Positions 27,466-38,050 are shown, counted from the stretch's first letter. The stretch: 64,000 nucleotides of DNA from Acidobacteriota bacterium (GCA_050259595.1 JBLNAX010000013.1:11364-75363); one strand, 5' to 3'. Notes: generated by a model not told the origin, from the sequence alone. Numbers and translations are program-made.

Positions 27466-28743
27466 ATGGTTAGAAGGAGTGTTGGTGTCTTCTTGGTGGC
27501 GATAATGCTATTATCGTCGATTTGTTTAGTGTCGCCGGTTGCGCAAGCGGCTGATGGGCCGCGACTGAACAGCTATCCGATCGTTCTGGTGCACGGCTTC
27601 ATTGGATGGGGGAGAAATGAAGTTCTGGGATACAAATATTGGGGGGGCTTCGGCGATATTCAGGAAGATCTGAACCGCCAGGGATTTATTTGCCGTACTG
27701 CAGCAGTAGGTCCGGTATCAAGCAGTTGGGATCGTGCCTGTGAGTTGTATGCCCAGATCATCGGGACTACTACCGATTACGGAAAGGCACATTCTGAACG
27801 ATACGGTCATCAACGGTTTGGACGTATATATACCCAGCCACTGGTTGCTGATTGGGGTCAGACAGGTGCCAACGGCAAGATAAAGAAAATTCATCTGATT
27901 TGCCACAGCCATGGCGGGCAGACGGGTCGGATGCTGATCCACCTTTTGGAGAATGGAGCCTCAGAGGAGATAGCTTCTACTCCGGCGAATGAAATGTCAC
28001 CGCTTTTTGCTGGCGGAAAGCAATGGGTTGCCAGTCAGACATTGGTTACCGCACCGTGTGATGGGACCACGCTGGCGACGAGAGTAGAACAGCTGATCCC
28101 GGCTGCACAGCAGATCTTTGCTTTAGTCGCAGCTGCATTAGGCCAAACGGGTCAGAATTTATATGATTTCAAACTTGATCAATGGGGTCTTAAACGCAAT
28201 CCGGGAGAATCTATGGCGAGCTACAGCAATCGAGTTTGGAGCAGTTCAATATGGAAATCGACCAAAGACATCAGCTCTTGGGACCTGAGTCCAGAAGGGG
28301 CGCGTGAGTTCAACGGGAAGGTCAAGGCTTCTCCTAATGTGTACTACTTCACTCTGGCCGGCGAGGCAACTTATAAGAATATATTTACCGGGACCCAGAT
28401 TCCGGAACTCACTATGAATCCGGGCTTCCTGGTATTCACTTTTGAAATGGGCAAATATACTCAGGATGGCTCCAATGGCAAGGTCGTGGTAGATAAGAGT
28501 TGGTGGCAGAATGACGGTGTTATCAACACTAATTCCGCAGACGGGCCGACTATCTATCCGGCGGGTTCTGTGCCGGATACAATCGTACAGTATAATGGAA
28601 TACCGCAAATCGGGGCCTTCAATTACATGGGGCTGTGGGACCATTATGATCATTTCGATCTGGTGGGGATGCCGTTCCTAAACTCATCGGTCACTAATTG
28701 GTACCGGAGTCAGGCAGCTCTGATCTATTCCTTGCCCAACTAA
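27466..28743 (+). CDS. secreted triacylglycerol lipase, family I.5 (Geobacillus/Staphylococcus-type)
   Basis: Signal peptide, PIVLVHGFIGWGRNE and ICHSHGGQTGR (GxSxG) motifs. Long colinear similarity to thermophilic Bacillus lipases (YDFKLDQWGL..., NDGVINT...). Confidence 0.85.
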   Translation: MVRRSVGVFLVAIMLLSSICLVSPVAQAADGPRLNSYPIVLVHGFIGWGRNEVLGYKYWGGFGDIQEDLNRQGFICRTAAVGPVSSSWDRACELYAQIIGTTTDYGKAHSERYGHQRFGRIYTQPLVADWGQTGANGKIKKIHLICHSHGGQTGRMLIHLLENGASEEIASTPANEMSPLFAGGKQWVASQTLVTAPCDGTTLATRVEQLIPAAQQIFALVAAALGQTGQNLYDFKLDQWGLKRNPGESMASYSNRVWSSSIWKSTKDISSWDLSPEGAREFNGKVKASPNVYYFTLAGEATYKNIFTGTQIPELTMNPGFLVFTFEMGKYTQDGSNGKVVVDKSWWQNDGVINTNSADGPTIYPAGSVPDTIVQYNGIPQIGAFNYMGLWDHYDHFDLVGMPFLNSSVTNWYRSQAALIYSLPN

Positions 28744-28761
28744 CGATCTGATCCTTCATGT

Positions 28762-28803
28762 CAAAACAAAAGGCGGCTTGCTGGAGCGAGCCGCCTCTTT
28801 TAA
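28762..28803. terminator. bidirectional terminator between the lipase and the convergent acyl-CoA ligase gene
   Basis: AAGGCGGCTTGCTGGAGCGAGCCGCCT flanked by an A-run and a T-run. Confidence 0.8.
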
Positions 28804-28841
28804 TGAATTCATCACAAAGGAATAGCTTGCCAATGCCTACC

Positions 28842-30707
28842 CTATTCTTCGTAGAGTTTGTCAATCAGCGGCTTATATTTCTCGTCGATGAATTTGCGCT
28901 TAAGTTTAAGAGTCGGAGTCAACTCGCCAGCTTCCTGCGTAAGCTCCTGTGGCAATAATATAAACTTCTTGATTTGCTCGACTTGACCGAGGGATTTGGT
29001 TTTATGTCTAATCAGGCTTTCATAAAACTTATAAATCTTAGGATTTTGGATGATCTGCTCCGGGGAAGAGTATTTTATGCCGTTCTTTTTGCAGTATCCT
29101 TCCAATAGTACAAAGTTCGGCACGACCAGCGCCGATATAAACTTCCTGCCCTCACCTATACAGACAAACTGTGCTATATAGACTTCGTTGCCCAGTAGGG
29201 ACTCGATTTGTTGCGGTGAAATGTTTTTGCCGCCGGCTGTGATTATGATCTCTTTTATCCGGTCCGTTATTTTTATGTATGTGAGACGGTCTCCGTTTTT
29301 CTCGATCGAATAAAGTTCGCCTATGTCTTGGGTTCTAAACCAGCCGTCATCGGTGAAAATCTCCCGGGTGGCTTCTGGGTTTTTGTAGTACTCGGTCATG
29401 GCCATGCCACCTTTAACTTGAACTTCTCCCTCATCCGAAATTCGGGCTTGGGTGGTGGCAAGCAGGCATCCACAGTATCCAGGTATGGCATTGTCCCGGA
29501 ACCCGGCACATACTGGGAAAAACTCGGTCAATCCGTATCCCATAGAAATATTAATCCCGATAGCTTGGAAGAATTCATTAACCTCCGGGGAGAAAGCAGA
29601 ACCCCCCACCTGATAAACATTACAGTTTTCCGCACCAAGCATAGAGCGTATCTTGCTAAAAACCAGTTTGTCAGCAATTTTGTAGGAAGTGCCGTAGCTG
29701 TTGTTTTTATAGGCCTTGATACCAACCCCTTTGGCCCATTCGAATATTCGGTATTTAAGACCTCCGGCATTTCTCATGGTTTCATGAATGGTTCCATAAA
29801 CTTTATCCCATATTCTTGGCACACTGGTCATATAGTGGGGTTTAAGGTGGACAACGTATTCCAGGAAATCAGTAGGATTAGGGCAGTACGCAATTCTGAC
29901 ACTGCGGCTCATACACCCGTATGACCAAAGCCTTTCGTAAATATGGGACAGCGGCAGTATGGACAGAGAAACATGATCAGGACTTGATTCGGGGTAACGG
30001 AAGGCTGAGAATATCCCGGTTAAAAAGGTTCTGTTAGTATGTACGGCTCCCTTGGGATTGCCGGTCGTGCCTGAGGTATAGATAATGGTAACGATATCAT
30101 CGAGATCGCCGTTATTGACCCGGTCGGCTAATTCTTCATTATTAGCCAGTTGTCTGCCATTTTCAAAAAGCTGGCGCAAGTGAAAGCTTTGGTCTCCTGT
30201 TATCTTGATGTTATCCTGCATGGCAATAATGTATTTGAGGTATATGTTGTCTTTAATAATTTGGGCGGCTTTATCGTATTGATCCTGGTCTCCCACAAAG
30301 ATAACTTTAACTTCTGCATTGTTAATGATATATTCGGTTTCCTCTTTGGAATTGGTGGCATATATCGGCACCGAGATGGCACGGGTGGCTAAAATGCCAA
30401 GGTCTGAGATGGCCCATTCAGAACAGTTATTGGAAAATACACTGCATGTATCGCCTTTTTCGATCCCCAGGTTTATCAGGGACTTGGCTACTGTATTGAT
30501 TCTATCCGAAAATTCGGCCCAGGTTAGTGTTTCCCACTCACCGTCAATATTCTTTTGGATCAGTATAGGTTCATCTTGATGAATTTTTGAGTTTTCAAGC
30601 ATCATAAAGGCCAGTGTTCTGTTTTTCCCCAGGTATTCTTTAAGACCTGTGTCCCAGTCTTGGTCACAATCGCGCCAGACGGGTAGGTGTTTGGTGGCAG
30701 CGTGCAT
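28842..30707 (-). CDS. long-chain-fatty-acid--CoA ligase (AMP-dependent synthetase)
   Basis: IIYTSGTTGNPKG AMP-binding motif. 621 aa. Confidence 0.85.
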   Translation of the reverse strand: MHAATKHLPVWRDCDQDWDTGLKEYLGKNRTLAFMMLENSKIHQDEPILIQKNIDGEWETLTWAEFSDRINTVAKSLINLGIEKGDTCSVFSNNCSEWAISDLGILATRAISVPIYATNSKEETEYIINNAEVKVIFVGDQDQYDKAAQIIKDNIYLKYIIAMQDNIKITGDQSFHLRQLFENGRQLANNEELADRVNNGDLDDIVTIIYTSGTTGNPKGAVHTNRTFLTGIFSAFRYPESSPDHVSLSILPLSHIYERLWSYGCMSRSVRIAYCPNPTDFLEYVVHLKPHYMTSVPRIWDKVYGTIHETMRNAGGLKYRIFEWAKGVGIKAYKNNSYGTSYKIADKLVFSKIRSMLGAENCNVYQVGGSAFSPEVNEFFQAIGINISMGYGLTEFFPVCAGFRDNAIPGYCGCLLATTQARISDEGEVQVKGGMAMTEYYKNPEATREIFTDDGWFRTQDIGELYSIEKNGDRLTYIKITDRIKEIIITAGGKNISPQQIESLLGNEVYIAQFVCIGEGRKFISALVVPNFVLLEGYCKKNGIKYSSPEQIIQNPKIYKFYESLIRHKTKSLGQVEQIKKFILLPQELTQEAGELTPTLKLKRKFIDEKYKPLIDKLYEE

Positions 30708-30901
30708 ATCCGATCCTCCTTTGAATGCTTTTAATTAACAATGTTGGCCTTATTATCAATCTTATTAGTTATATAGTCAATCAATTAAAAAGATTCAATA
30801 ATTTTTATCAAAAGCATTGTTTTAGAAAAAGATAAGCTCTCCCTCGTTCCTTGTGAGAATTCGGGAGAGCCTTTTAGTACTTACATCAACTATCGGATTT
30901 A

Positions 30902-33100
30902 TTATTCCTCTTTGGTGGCTGCAGCCGCCGGGAATAAGGCGCTATTCTGAGTCAAAATCCTGGACATGATCACATTCATAATGCTCGACGAATCGCCTCC
31001 GGCGACGATGTCAGGCGTGATCTTGATATTGCCTTCGGAGACCAGCTTCATCAGCTCGATCATAGCAACGCTTTCAGGTCCGATGGCTGTTCTGGTCCGC
31101 GTATAAGCCTCGGCAGTTGCCTTTCCTATTTCGAGGATCTTCTCGGCTTCCCCGATACCTTCGAGCTTGACCCGGTTCGAGTTACCCTCGGCGATGGTAA
31201 TGGTCCGGATCTTTTCCTGTTCAGCAACTTTTACACTGATCTCAGCAGATACGATATCACCCTGCTTGTCGGCCTGAGCCTTGGTTTTTTCCATATCAAT
31301 ACGCTTGAGCTGGGCTTCCCTTTGCTGGGAGTACATATCCTGCTGCTGAGCGGCGATGACTTTGTTAGTCTGCGTCTCCATCAGCGACGGTGGCAGAACG
31401 ATCTGACATATCAGAACCGAGAGCACTTCTACATGATATTTTTCCAGTTCCCCTTTGGCGCGCTCCAGGGCTTTCTCCTGCTGTTCATGGCGGTCCTGCA
31501 GGAATGCCATAGCTTCCGTGGAAGAAGCCTGGTTACGGAATGAACTGTCGATCAGTGGATGGATTACGTTCTTAACCAGGTTTTCTATACTGCCGATACG
31601 AGCCACCATGAAGGGGGCTTGTTCAGGCTGCACGCGTATAACGACCTTAACTCCTACTTTGATTTCAAAGCCGTCTTTGGAAGTTACCAGCAGTGGGTTG
31701 AAGCCGGATGACTGCTCATCGTCCCAATCAATAGTAGTATTGGTAGTTTTCACTATGATCGGAATGGAGGCGCGTTTGTTAACATAGTAGGTTCCGGGGC
31801 CGACTACATCCAACTGTATTCCGCGGTATCCTCTCTGCACTACATATAACTCGGGTTTATCGCCTGCATAATTGGGCTCCCCAACGGCTGCGCTGCGCTC
31901 TGGCGGTCTGCCTACGTTGGAGATGATTACTGCTACCTCACCTTGATTGACCACAGCTGCGTCATCGATATCCACCACGAACATCAGTGGATTAATATAA
32001 TAGGTTCCCGGGGGCAGAATATCCAGCTGGGGACCGCGCTGACCTTTATTAGCCAGGAAGCCGGAAGCGTCCTGATAGTTATTGTGGCCAGTGGCGGATT
32101 CCGCAATCAATTCATTGGGCGGCAGTGGTTCCCCGTCTTTGGCGGTGATCAGGCCGACTTTTCCGGAAGGAATAATCGTGGCTTGCTGCTGAGCCACTGT
32201 GAACATCTTGTTATTGATACGGTATTTACCGGGCAGGAGAATATCCATCTGCGGGCCTTTTTGCCCGCCGCCCTTAATAAAGCCGTCGCCATTCTGGTAG
32301 CTGACATGTCCCGTAACTGACTTGGCCAGCAGGCGCCCGTTTTCGATGGGCTGACCGTCAGTGGCTGTTACCAGACCGATACTGCCTTCGGGAATATTCG
32401 TACAGCCCTGCAGAGTTACGCGGAACAAAGCTGTATTGATACGATAAGTTCCTGGCGGCAGATAATCTGTTTGCGGACCTTTCTGGCCACCGTTCATAAG
32501 AAACATTTCGCCGTCCTGGAACATATTATGTCCTGCCACAGATTTGGCGAAGATAGAATTGGAATCTAGTGGAACGCCGTCTACTGCCTCAACCAGGCCG
32601 ATGTCTTCCTGACGAATAGTGATGTTCTCCACCAGGCTGATCTTAAACAGCTTGATATTGATTCGATAAGTTCCAGGTGGGATCACGTCGACCTGTGGGC
32701 CTTTTTGCCCACCGCTTCTTAAGAACGCTTCGCCGTCTTGATAGAAGTTGTGGCCATTGACCGAACGCGCAAATATGCGTCCCGGCGGAAGTGGTGCTCC
32801 ATCAATAGCTTCGACGATACCTACACAGTTCTGATCGATGTTTATAAAGTTTTCTTTAGTTACCCAGAAAAGAAACGGAAAGAAAAAGTGCAGTCCGGGC
32901 CCGATGGTGCGTGCTTGGAAGCCTACCTCGCCGTTTTGCGCTATAATGCGGTCATCGGGCAGGTTCTTGCCGATGTATTTGCGCTCTACCAGACCCATCT
33001 GGCTGCCGCCGATGATCACTATGAAATTTGAGTAGCTGAGAATAACCAGCGCGGCCAGGAATCCCATTACATAAAGGGCATAGGTCATATAAACTTCCAA
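30902..33100 (-). CDS. SPFH/band-7 (flotillin-like) membrane protein with 4-5 N-terminal ~70-aa tandem repeats
   Basis: N-terminal TM. The repeats follow IGLVEAxDGxPL...AKSVxGHNxxQDGxxFLxxGGQKGPQxDxLPPGTYRIN. The C-terminal SPFH domain (FEIKVGVKVVIRV...) and coiled-coil are flotillin-like. Confidence 0.75.
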   Translation of the reverse strand: MEVYMTYALYVMGFLAALVILSYSNFIVIIGGSQMGLVERKYIGKNLPDDRIIAQNGEVGFQARTIGPGLHFFFPFLFWVTKENFINIDQNCVGIVEAIDGAPLPPGRIFARSVNGHNFYQDGEAFLRSGGQKGPQVDVIPPGTYRINIKLFKISLVENITIRQEDIGLVEAVDGVPLDSNSIFAKSVAGHNMFQDGEMFLMNGGQKGPQTDYLPPGTYRINTALFRVTLQGCTNIPEGSIGLVTATDGQPIENGRLLAKSVTGHVSYQNGDGFIKGGGQKGPQMDILLPGKYRINNKMFTVAQQQATIIPSGKVGLITAKDGEPLPPNELIAESATGHNNYQDASGFLANKGQRGPQLDILPPGTYYINPLMFVVDIDDAAVVNQGEVAVIISNVGRPPERSAAVGEPNYAGDKPELYVVQRGYRGIQLDVVGPGTYYVNKRASIPIIVKTTNTTIDWDDEQSSGFNPLLVTSKDGFEIKVGVKVVIRVQPEQAPFMVARIGSIENLVKNVIHPLIDSSFRNQASSTEAMAFLQDRHEQQEKALERAKGELEKYHVEVLSVLICQIVLPPSLMETQTNKVIAAQQQDMYSQQREAQLKRIDMEKTKAQADKQGDIVSAEISVKVAEQEKIRTITIAEGNSNRVKLEGIGEAEKILEIGKATAEAYTRTRTAIGPESVAMIELMKLVSEGNIKITPDIVAGGDSSSIMNVIMSRILTQNSALFPAAAATKEE

Positions 33101-33276
33101 AGTATCTCTCCCCTTTCGGTAGTGTCTAATATGAATAGTTATGATAATAATACGTTATTATCCACATTTATGGAATTATTTCCTGAAAGGATAACGTCAA
33201 GGGCTCTAATGTGAATTGTACTCCAGTAATAGTGTAAAGGGATGAGGATAATTGTGGCACAATGAAATGATTGCTG

Positions 33277-33627
33277 CTACAAATCAAATGGAGGGACTTC
33301 GATGCGCAGGTCGGGGTCATTGTGGATGAAGGTGATCTGTAAAGTTCCGTGCAGCTCAGTGTTAACGGCGATTTCGTGTGAGTGGTCAACCGGCTTGTCA
33401 TCTTGCCACAATTTCAATCCAATTTCCTGCAGGCATTCATACAACTTCGCAATATTCTCTGTATTTATTTCAAAGACAAAGTTAATAGTGCGGTTGGAAA
33501 ACATCTTGAAATCCAGAATGATAGCCCCGCTTTGAGTCAATGCTTCGCGGATTTGATTAATGGCGGTATGTCGTTCCTTGGTGGTGGAAGACTGCAACCT
33601 GACAATCTTGAGAGACATATGAGTCAC
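33277..33627 (-). CDS. hypothetical protein
   Basis: 116-aa ORF of unknown family. Confidence 0.35.
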   Translation of the reverse strand: MTHMSLKIVRLQSSTTKERHTAINQIREALTQSGAIILDFKMFSNRTINFVFEINTENIAKLYECLQEIGLKLWQDDKPVDHSHEIAVNTELHGTLQITFIHNDPDLRIEVPPFDL

Positions 33628-33724
33628 CTTTTGCTAGATTGATAAACCGATAAAATAGTTTATAGACATAGTATATACTAATGTTAAACAATGGTCTTTT
33701 ATGTAAACACGCAGAAGGAGATAT

Positions 33725-34213
33725 GTGAAATATATGAGCATCAAGCTTAGCTCTTCCGTGCTGTTGGTCGAAGATGTGGACAAATCTCGGCAGTTTTATG
33801 AAACATTACTTGAACAAGTCGTAGAACTGGATCATGGTGAGTGTGTGGTTTTCTTAGGTGGTTTCGCGATCTGGGATAGAGATTATGCTAATAACCTGAT
33901 CTTTGGGCAAACAAAAACAACGCCCCACGAAAGGAACCACGATTTCGAGTTGTATTTTGAGACTGACACATTGGATGAGGTATTTGATAAATTTAAGAAG
34001 GCCAATATTGAACTAGTTCATCCATTAGTCGAACAGCCGTGGGGGCAAAGGGTAATTCGTGTATATGACCCAGACCGCCATATTGTTGAAATCGGCGAGC
34101 TCATGACTATCGTGATCAAACGTTATCTGGATCAAGGTATGACAGTCGATGACGTAGCAGCAAGAACGTCGATGCCGGTAGAGGTCGTTAGGGCGGTTGT
34201 GCAAGGTTCATAA
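33725..34213 (+). CDS. VOC/glyoxalase-family protein
   Basis: VLLVEDVDKSRQFYETLL... is a glyoxalase/bleomycin-resistance fold signature. Confidence 0.65.
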   Translation: MKYMSIKLSSSVLLVEDVDKSRQFYETLLEQVVELDHGECVVFLGGFAIWDRDYANNLIFGQTKTTPHERNHDFELYFETDTLDEVFDKFKKANIELVHPLVEQPWGQRVIRVYDPDRHIVEIGELMTIVIKRYLDQGMTVDDVAARTSMPVEVVRAVVQGS

Positions 34214-34224
34214 GGAGGTATCAC

Positions 34225-34881
34225 ATGAAAGCCATTATTTTCGGAGCTACCGGAATGATAGGCCAGGGAGTCCTGCGTGAGTGCCTGCTGGATGACAGCG
34301 TGGAATCCGTGCTGGTAATCGGGCGCAGTGAGACTGGTCAGCGGCATAAAAAGCTTAGAGAAATACTGCATGTGGACTTCTTGGATTTCTCGGCAATTGA
34401 AAGTGAGCTGGCTGGCCATGATGCCTGCTTTTTCTGTCTCGGTGTTTCCTCCTCGGGCATGACCGAACAGGATTACCGGCGCATTACATACGACTACACC
34501 TTAGCGGCAGCAAAAGCGCTGGTCAAATGCAGCCCCGATATGACCTTCATCTACATCTCGGGTGCGGGGACCGACAGCACTGAACGTGGGCGCACTATGT
34601 GGGCGCGGGTCAAAGGGGAAACGGAAAATGCCCTGCTCAAGCTGCCTTTCAAAGCTGCTTATATGTTCCGCCCTGGCTTTATACAGCCGATGCATGGCTC
34701 TGTATCGAGGACCAAACTCTATCGCGTTGTCTATGGGATATTAAGGCCTCTATTTCCTGTATTAAGGCGCTTTCCAAAGTATGTGACAACGACTGAGCAG
34801 TTGGCGCTGGCCATGATAAAGGTCGCCCGGCAGGGATCGGATAAACCCTTGCTGGAGAATGCGGACATTAATAGGATCTAG
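34225..34881 (+). CDS. NAD(P)H-binding Rossmann-fold oxidoreductase (atypical SDR)
   Basis: IFGATGMIGQGV nucleotide-binding motif. 218 aa. Confidence 0.65.
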   Translation: MKAIIFGATGMIGQGVLRECLLDDSVESVLVIGRSETGQRHKKLREILHVDFLDFSAIESELAGHDACFFCLGVSSSGMTEQDYRRITYDYTLAAAKALVKCSPDMTFIYISGAGTDSTERGRTMWARVKGETENALLKLPFKAAYMFRPGFIQPMHGSVSRTKLYRVVYGILRPLFPVLRRFPKYVTTTEQLALAMIKVARQGSDKPLLENADINRI

Positions 34882-34913
34882 ATGCTGCGGTTTGATTTAT
34901 TACGAGTCTGTGG

Positions 34914-36317
34914 TTAATTCGTATCCCCGATCTCCTTAACTAACTCCTCGATCCTTTTTGAGCGGTCGGGCTCGATCAGTTTCATGAAGCTGATCAGTTG
35001 ATTGATCCATTCTCTTTCTGAATTGGGTGTTTGGGCCAGGAGTTCAAGCAATGATCCATCACTGGACCTCAGTTCATCGGCAACGATGGTCCATACTAAT
35101 AGGGACAGTTCAACATCACCAAGCGATTCATAAACTGTTTGATATTCTTCATCAAATACACAATCGGCTGCCAGGATCTCCATGAAGTCATCCAGTGATC
35201 TTACGTTGGTCAATATAATATCGGCCTTTTTCACTGCATTAGGACACTCCAAAATGAGTTCGATCAAGTCTCGTAATGCTTCGTCATTCATGATATCGCC
35301 CTGTTCAAACGTAGCCCGGGGATGCGCTTTGGCTGGTTGATCTGTTATCAACAGCTTGTTGAGACTGTCCAGCTGCAGCGCGTTGATCAGTCTTGGGGTC
35401 AGGCTTTTTTCATATTGGCGTATATAGCTGCAAATATCAGGGGCAGTGATGGCCAGCTCTTCGGCCAGCTTGTCAATGGCTTTGTTTAGTACTACGGGGA
35501 TGTCCCTGGCACTGATCTTGTTTAATTTTTCATTTAGGATCGCACATTCGCCTGTGGAAATGGCTAGTATTCTCGGATCTCTTCCCAGCAACAATGAAAA
35601 GATCGCATTGGTCAGCACGATTTCAAATATGTTCAGCAGGAATTCGGGATAATCGATTCGATATGTTCTTCCGTAGTTTTCAAGAAGCATATCCACTTCA
35701 GATCTTTCGAACAGGTTACAAAACTGATTTTCCGTGCTTAGTGTTCGAATATATTGGCTGATATAAAAGATACCCCGCTGATTCATGGGGTCAGAGGCTA
35801 ATGGATAATCGATATCCGCCGTGGTTTCATGGGCATTGAACTGGATATTGTAATTAGCGAAAAATCCAGGTATCCCCTCGCCCACTGTTGAATTATAGGC
35901 TACTATTTTAGTTACAAGTTGTTCGGATCTGGTGGCAATAAACAGTTTCTTGGTTTCATCGAAACACGACCGCACCAGACTCAGCCCTTTTTTATAAATG
36001 TCATGTATGCTGGTGGTCTTCAATTCGGCAAGACACTCTTCTGGTGTGGGAAAACTCATACAGTAAGCATCAACACAATATGAGATCGATAACAGTAGAT
36101 TCTGCGCTGTTTCTACCTGTACCGAACTGCTCTCGCCGCTGGTATATTTAGTAACCACGTCTTTCAGTACATCCATGATTTGGGTGTGGATGTCTTCGAC
36201 ATCGGAATCAGCAATGAGCTTGGCTTGACAAGCGGCATCCAGCAGAGAAAACAGGTATTCATTGGGGTCTAAGTCTTCCGCCCATTTGGGGGCAATCCTG
36301 GCCAAACGGTGTTCCAT
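34914..36317 (-). CDS. conserved hypothetical protein (467 aa), operonic with the upstream 157-aa protein
   Basis: Soluble, no recognisable catalytic motif. The stop of the upstream gene at 36320 abuts its start at 36317. Confidence 0.55.
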   Translation of the reverse strand: MEHRLARIAPKWAEDLDPNEYLFSLLDAACQAKLIADSDVEDIHTQIMDVLKDVVTKYTSGESSSVQVETAQNLLLSISYCVDAYCMSFPTPEECLAELKTTSIHDIYKKGLSLVRSCFDETKKLFIATRSEQLVTKIVAYNSTVGEGIPGFFANYNIQFNAHETTADIDYPLASDPMNQRGIFYISQYIRTLSTENQFCNLFERSEVDMLLENYGRTYRIDYPEFLLNIFEIVLTNAIFSLLLGRDPRILAISTGECAILNEKLNKISARDIPVVLNKAIDKLAEELAITAPDICSYIRQYEKSLTPRLINALQLDSLNKLLITDQPAKAHPRATFEQGDIMNDEALRDLIELILECPNAVKKADIILTNVRSLDDFMEILAADCVFDEEYQTVYESLGDVELSLLVWTIVADELRSSDGSLLELLAQTPNSEREWINQLISFMKLIEPDRSKRIEELVKEIGDTN

Positions 36318-36319
36318 GT

Positions 36320-36793
36320 CTACACCTCGTCCTCATCCGATATTTTGCCGTAATAACGCCCTTGTTTGACCTCCTGGATAAGGCTTTCCAGTTCCCGGCT
36401 GATCAGAAGATCTACCGCTCCGCAACAGCGGCTGTCAAAGCGTTCCTTCATTATCTGTATAAGATCTGTATCGCCGATTTCGTCGGCTGTTTCGTTTTTC
36501 ATGTAGTAAAAGAGCTCCACTAGATCACATATGGTTTCTGTATAATCGATCTGGTTGATATATGGCGAAGTGCAAAAAGCCTTAATTATCTCACTAATAA
36601 CGTCAAAACCAAGCTCAAAACGGCCTAGATTCTTCAGGGCATCGTTTCTGGCTTCAATGATCGCCAGAGCATCTGTTTCAGATAACATTAGTTTGTAGTC
36701 TTTGGATACAATATTGGTTTGAGTTATCTGAGTGACGATAGAGCGTTTCATCACGCTGTTCGTGGGGTTGAAGAATTTCATAATGTTGGACAT
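36320..36793 (-). CDS. conserved hypothetical protein (157 aa)
   Basis: First gene of a two-gene minus-strand operon. The RBS GGGGGGAATTA lies upstream. Confidence 0.55.
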   Translation of the reverse strand: MSNIMKFFNPTNSVMKRSIVTQITQTNIVSKDYKLMLSETDALAIIEARNDALKNLGRFELGFDVISEIIKAFCTSPYINQIDYTETICDLVELFYYMKNETADEIGDTDLIQIMKERFDSRCCGAVDLLISRELESLIQEVKQGRYYGKISDEDEV

Positions 36794-37087
36794 ATAATTC
36801 CCCCCTTAATTGCACTTGACAAAATACAATATGTGTGCTATATTTAAATATTAGATGAAGCAGAGACTATATTATAACTTGGAAAGGGTCTTATGTCAAT
36901 ATGCAGGGGAAGCGGTAAGCTTCTCCTTTAGTTTATTCAACCATCCTGATTACATCACACCTCAATTCTAGTTATGCAGTTTCAAATCAAGAAAACCAGC
37001 TATTGACTCCTCTACAAAAACATTCGTGAGAATTCTGCGCCAATGAGGAGATACTAGTTACCAGATTCCTAAAAGGAGGGATTAATA

Positions 37088-37285
37088 ATGAATGGAACAG
37101 TAAAATGGTTTAACGAGAGCAAGGGTTTTGGGTTTATTGAGACCGATCAGGGAACCGATGTCTTTGTCCACCAGTCGTCGATCTCGGGTGGAGCGGCACG
37201 GGCTCTGGCCGAAGGGCAGAGAGTTAAATTTGACGTAACAACGGGACCTAAGGGGCAGCAGGCTTCGAACGTTCAATTGATCTAA
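37088..37285 (+). CDS. cold-shock protein (CspA family)
   Basis: [22 protein letters not shown]...VFVHQSSI contains the RNP1/RNP2 motifs. 65 aa. Confidence 0.92.
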   Translation: MNGTVKWFNESKGFGFIETDQGTDVFVHQSSISGGAARALAEGQRVKFDVTTGPKGQQASNVQLI

Positions 37286-37302
37286 CCCTCCGGAATCATC
37301 AA

Positions 37303-37329
37303 AAAGGCCGCTCTTACGGGCGGCCTTTA
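37303..37329 (+). terminator. Rho-independent terminator after csp
   Basis: AGGCCGC-TCTTACG-GGCGGCCT followed by TTT. Confidence 0.65.
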
Positions 37330-37404
37330 GACAATTAACACAAGCAAACATTTGCATAGTTTCGAAAAGCCGGTTCAAGCAACGCTCATGTGTAAGGGCT
37401 CGAA

Positions 37405-37773
37405 TTAGATTCTTTTCTTATAAAACTCCATGTTTTCCTTGGCTAGTTTTTCTTCCCACATCATCTGCAGTAGTTCCAAATCATCCGTATAATCGATTTT
37501 TGAATCGTCGTACTCCAACTGCTCCAAGATTTCCATTGTGAAGTTGTCTGCGCCAAATTCCGTCCATTCTTTCTGCAATTCTACAAAAGGGTGGAACCCG
37601 GAGTGGAGGCGGGCCAGCGCGCCATTCATAACTCCGCGCAGATCCTGCGTTGTCTGTAGGTAACATTTGTTGTTGAGCTTACAGCGCACAATAAATATTC
37701 CCATAGGGTGTTTCATCTGCTTATACTGCTGCTTTAGTTCTCTTTTTTTATCCATCAGAATCACCTTCATCAT
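37405..37773 (-). CDS. GIY-YIG nuclease-family small protein
   Basis: GIFIVRCKLNNKCYLQTT matches the GIY-YIG core. 122 aa. Confidence 0.65.
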   Translation of the reverse strand: MMKVILMDKKRELKQQYKQMKHPMGIFIVRCKLNNKCYLQTTQDLRGVMNGALARLHSGFHPFVELQKEWTEFGADNFTMEILEQLEYDDSKIDYTDDLELLQMMWEEKLAKENMEFYKKRI

Positions 37774-38050
37774 TTTCCTTCTTTACCACCCGGTACTCAG
37801 CTCCATTAGGGGTGCGACCGAGAAACTGGTGATCGACCAACAGCCTTCTCAAAATGAAATAATCACCGAAAGTATGCCATTCGTTTATGATTCCATTGAC
37901 CTCTTTTTCATTATAGATGCGGCCTTCCTCAAACTTGCTTGCCAGGTAGGCCAGGACCGGGAGCTTGGTCCGGTTGGGCGAAGGGATCTGCACTATCTTT
38001 CCTTCATCATTTAGGAAGACCGAAATATTTATGCTTTTCTTTTTACTCAT
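37748..38050 (-). CDS. DUF2087-like small protein
   Basis: NEWHTFGDYFILRRLLVD motif. Overlaps the downstream GIY-YIG gene by 26 nt. Confidence 0.55.
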   Translation of the reverse strand: MSKKKSINISVFLNDEGKIVQIPSPNRTKLPVLAYLASKFEEGRIYNEKEVNGIINEWHTFGDYFILRRLLVDHQFLGRTPNGAEYRVVKKENDEGDSDG

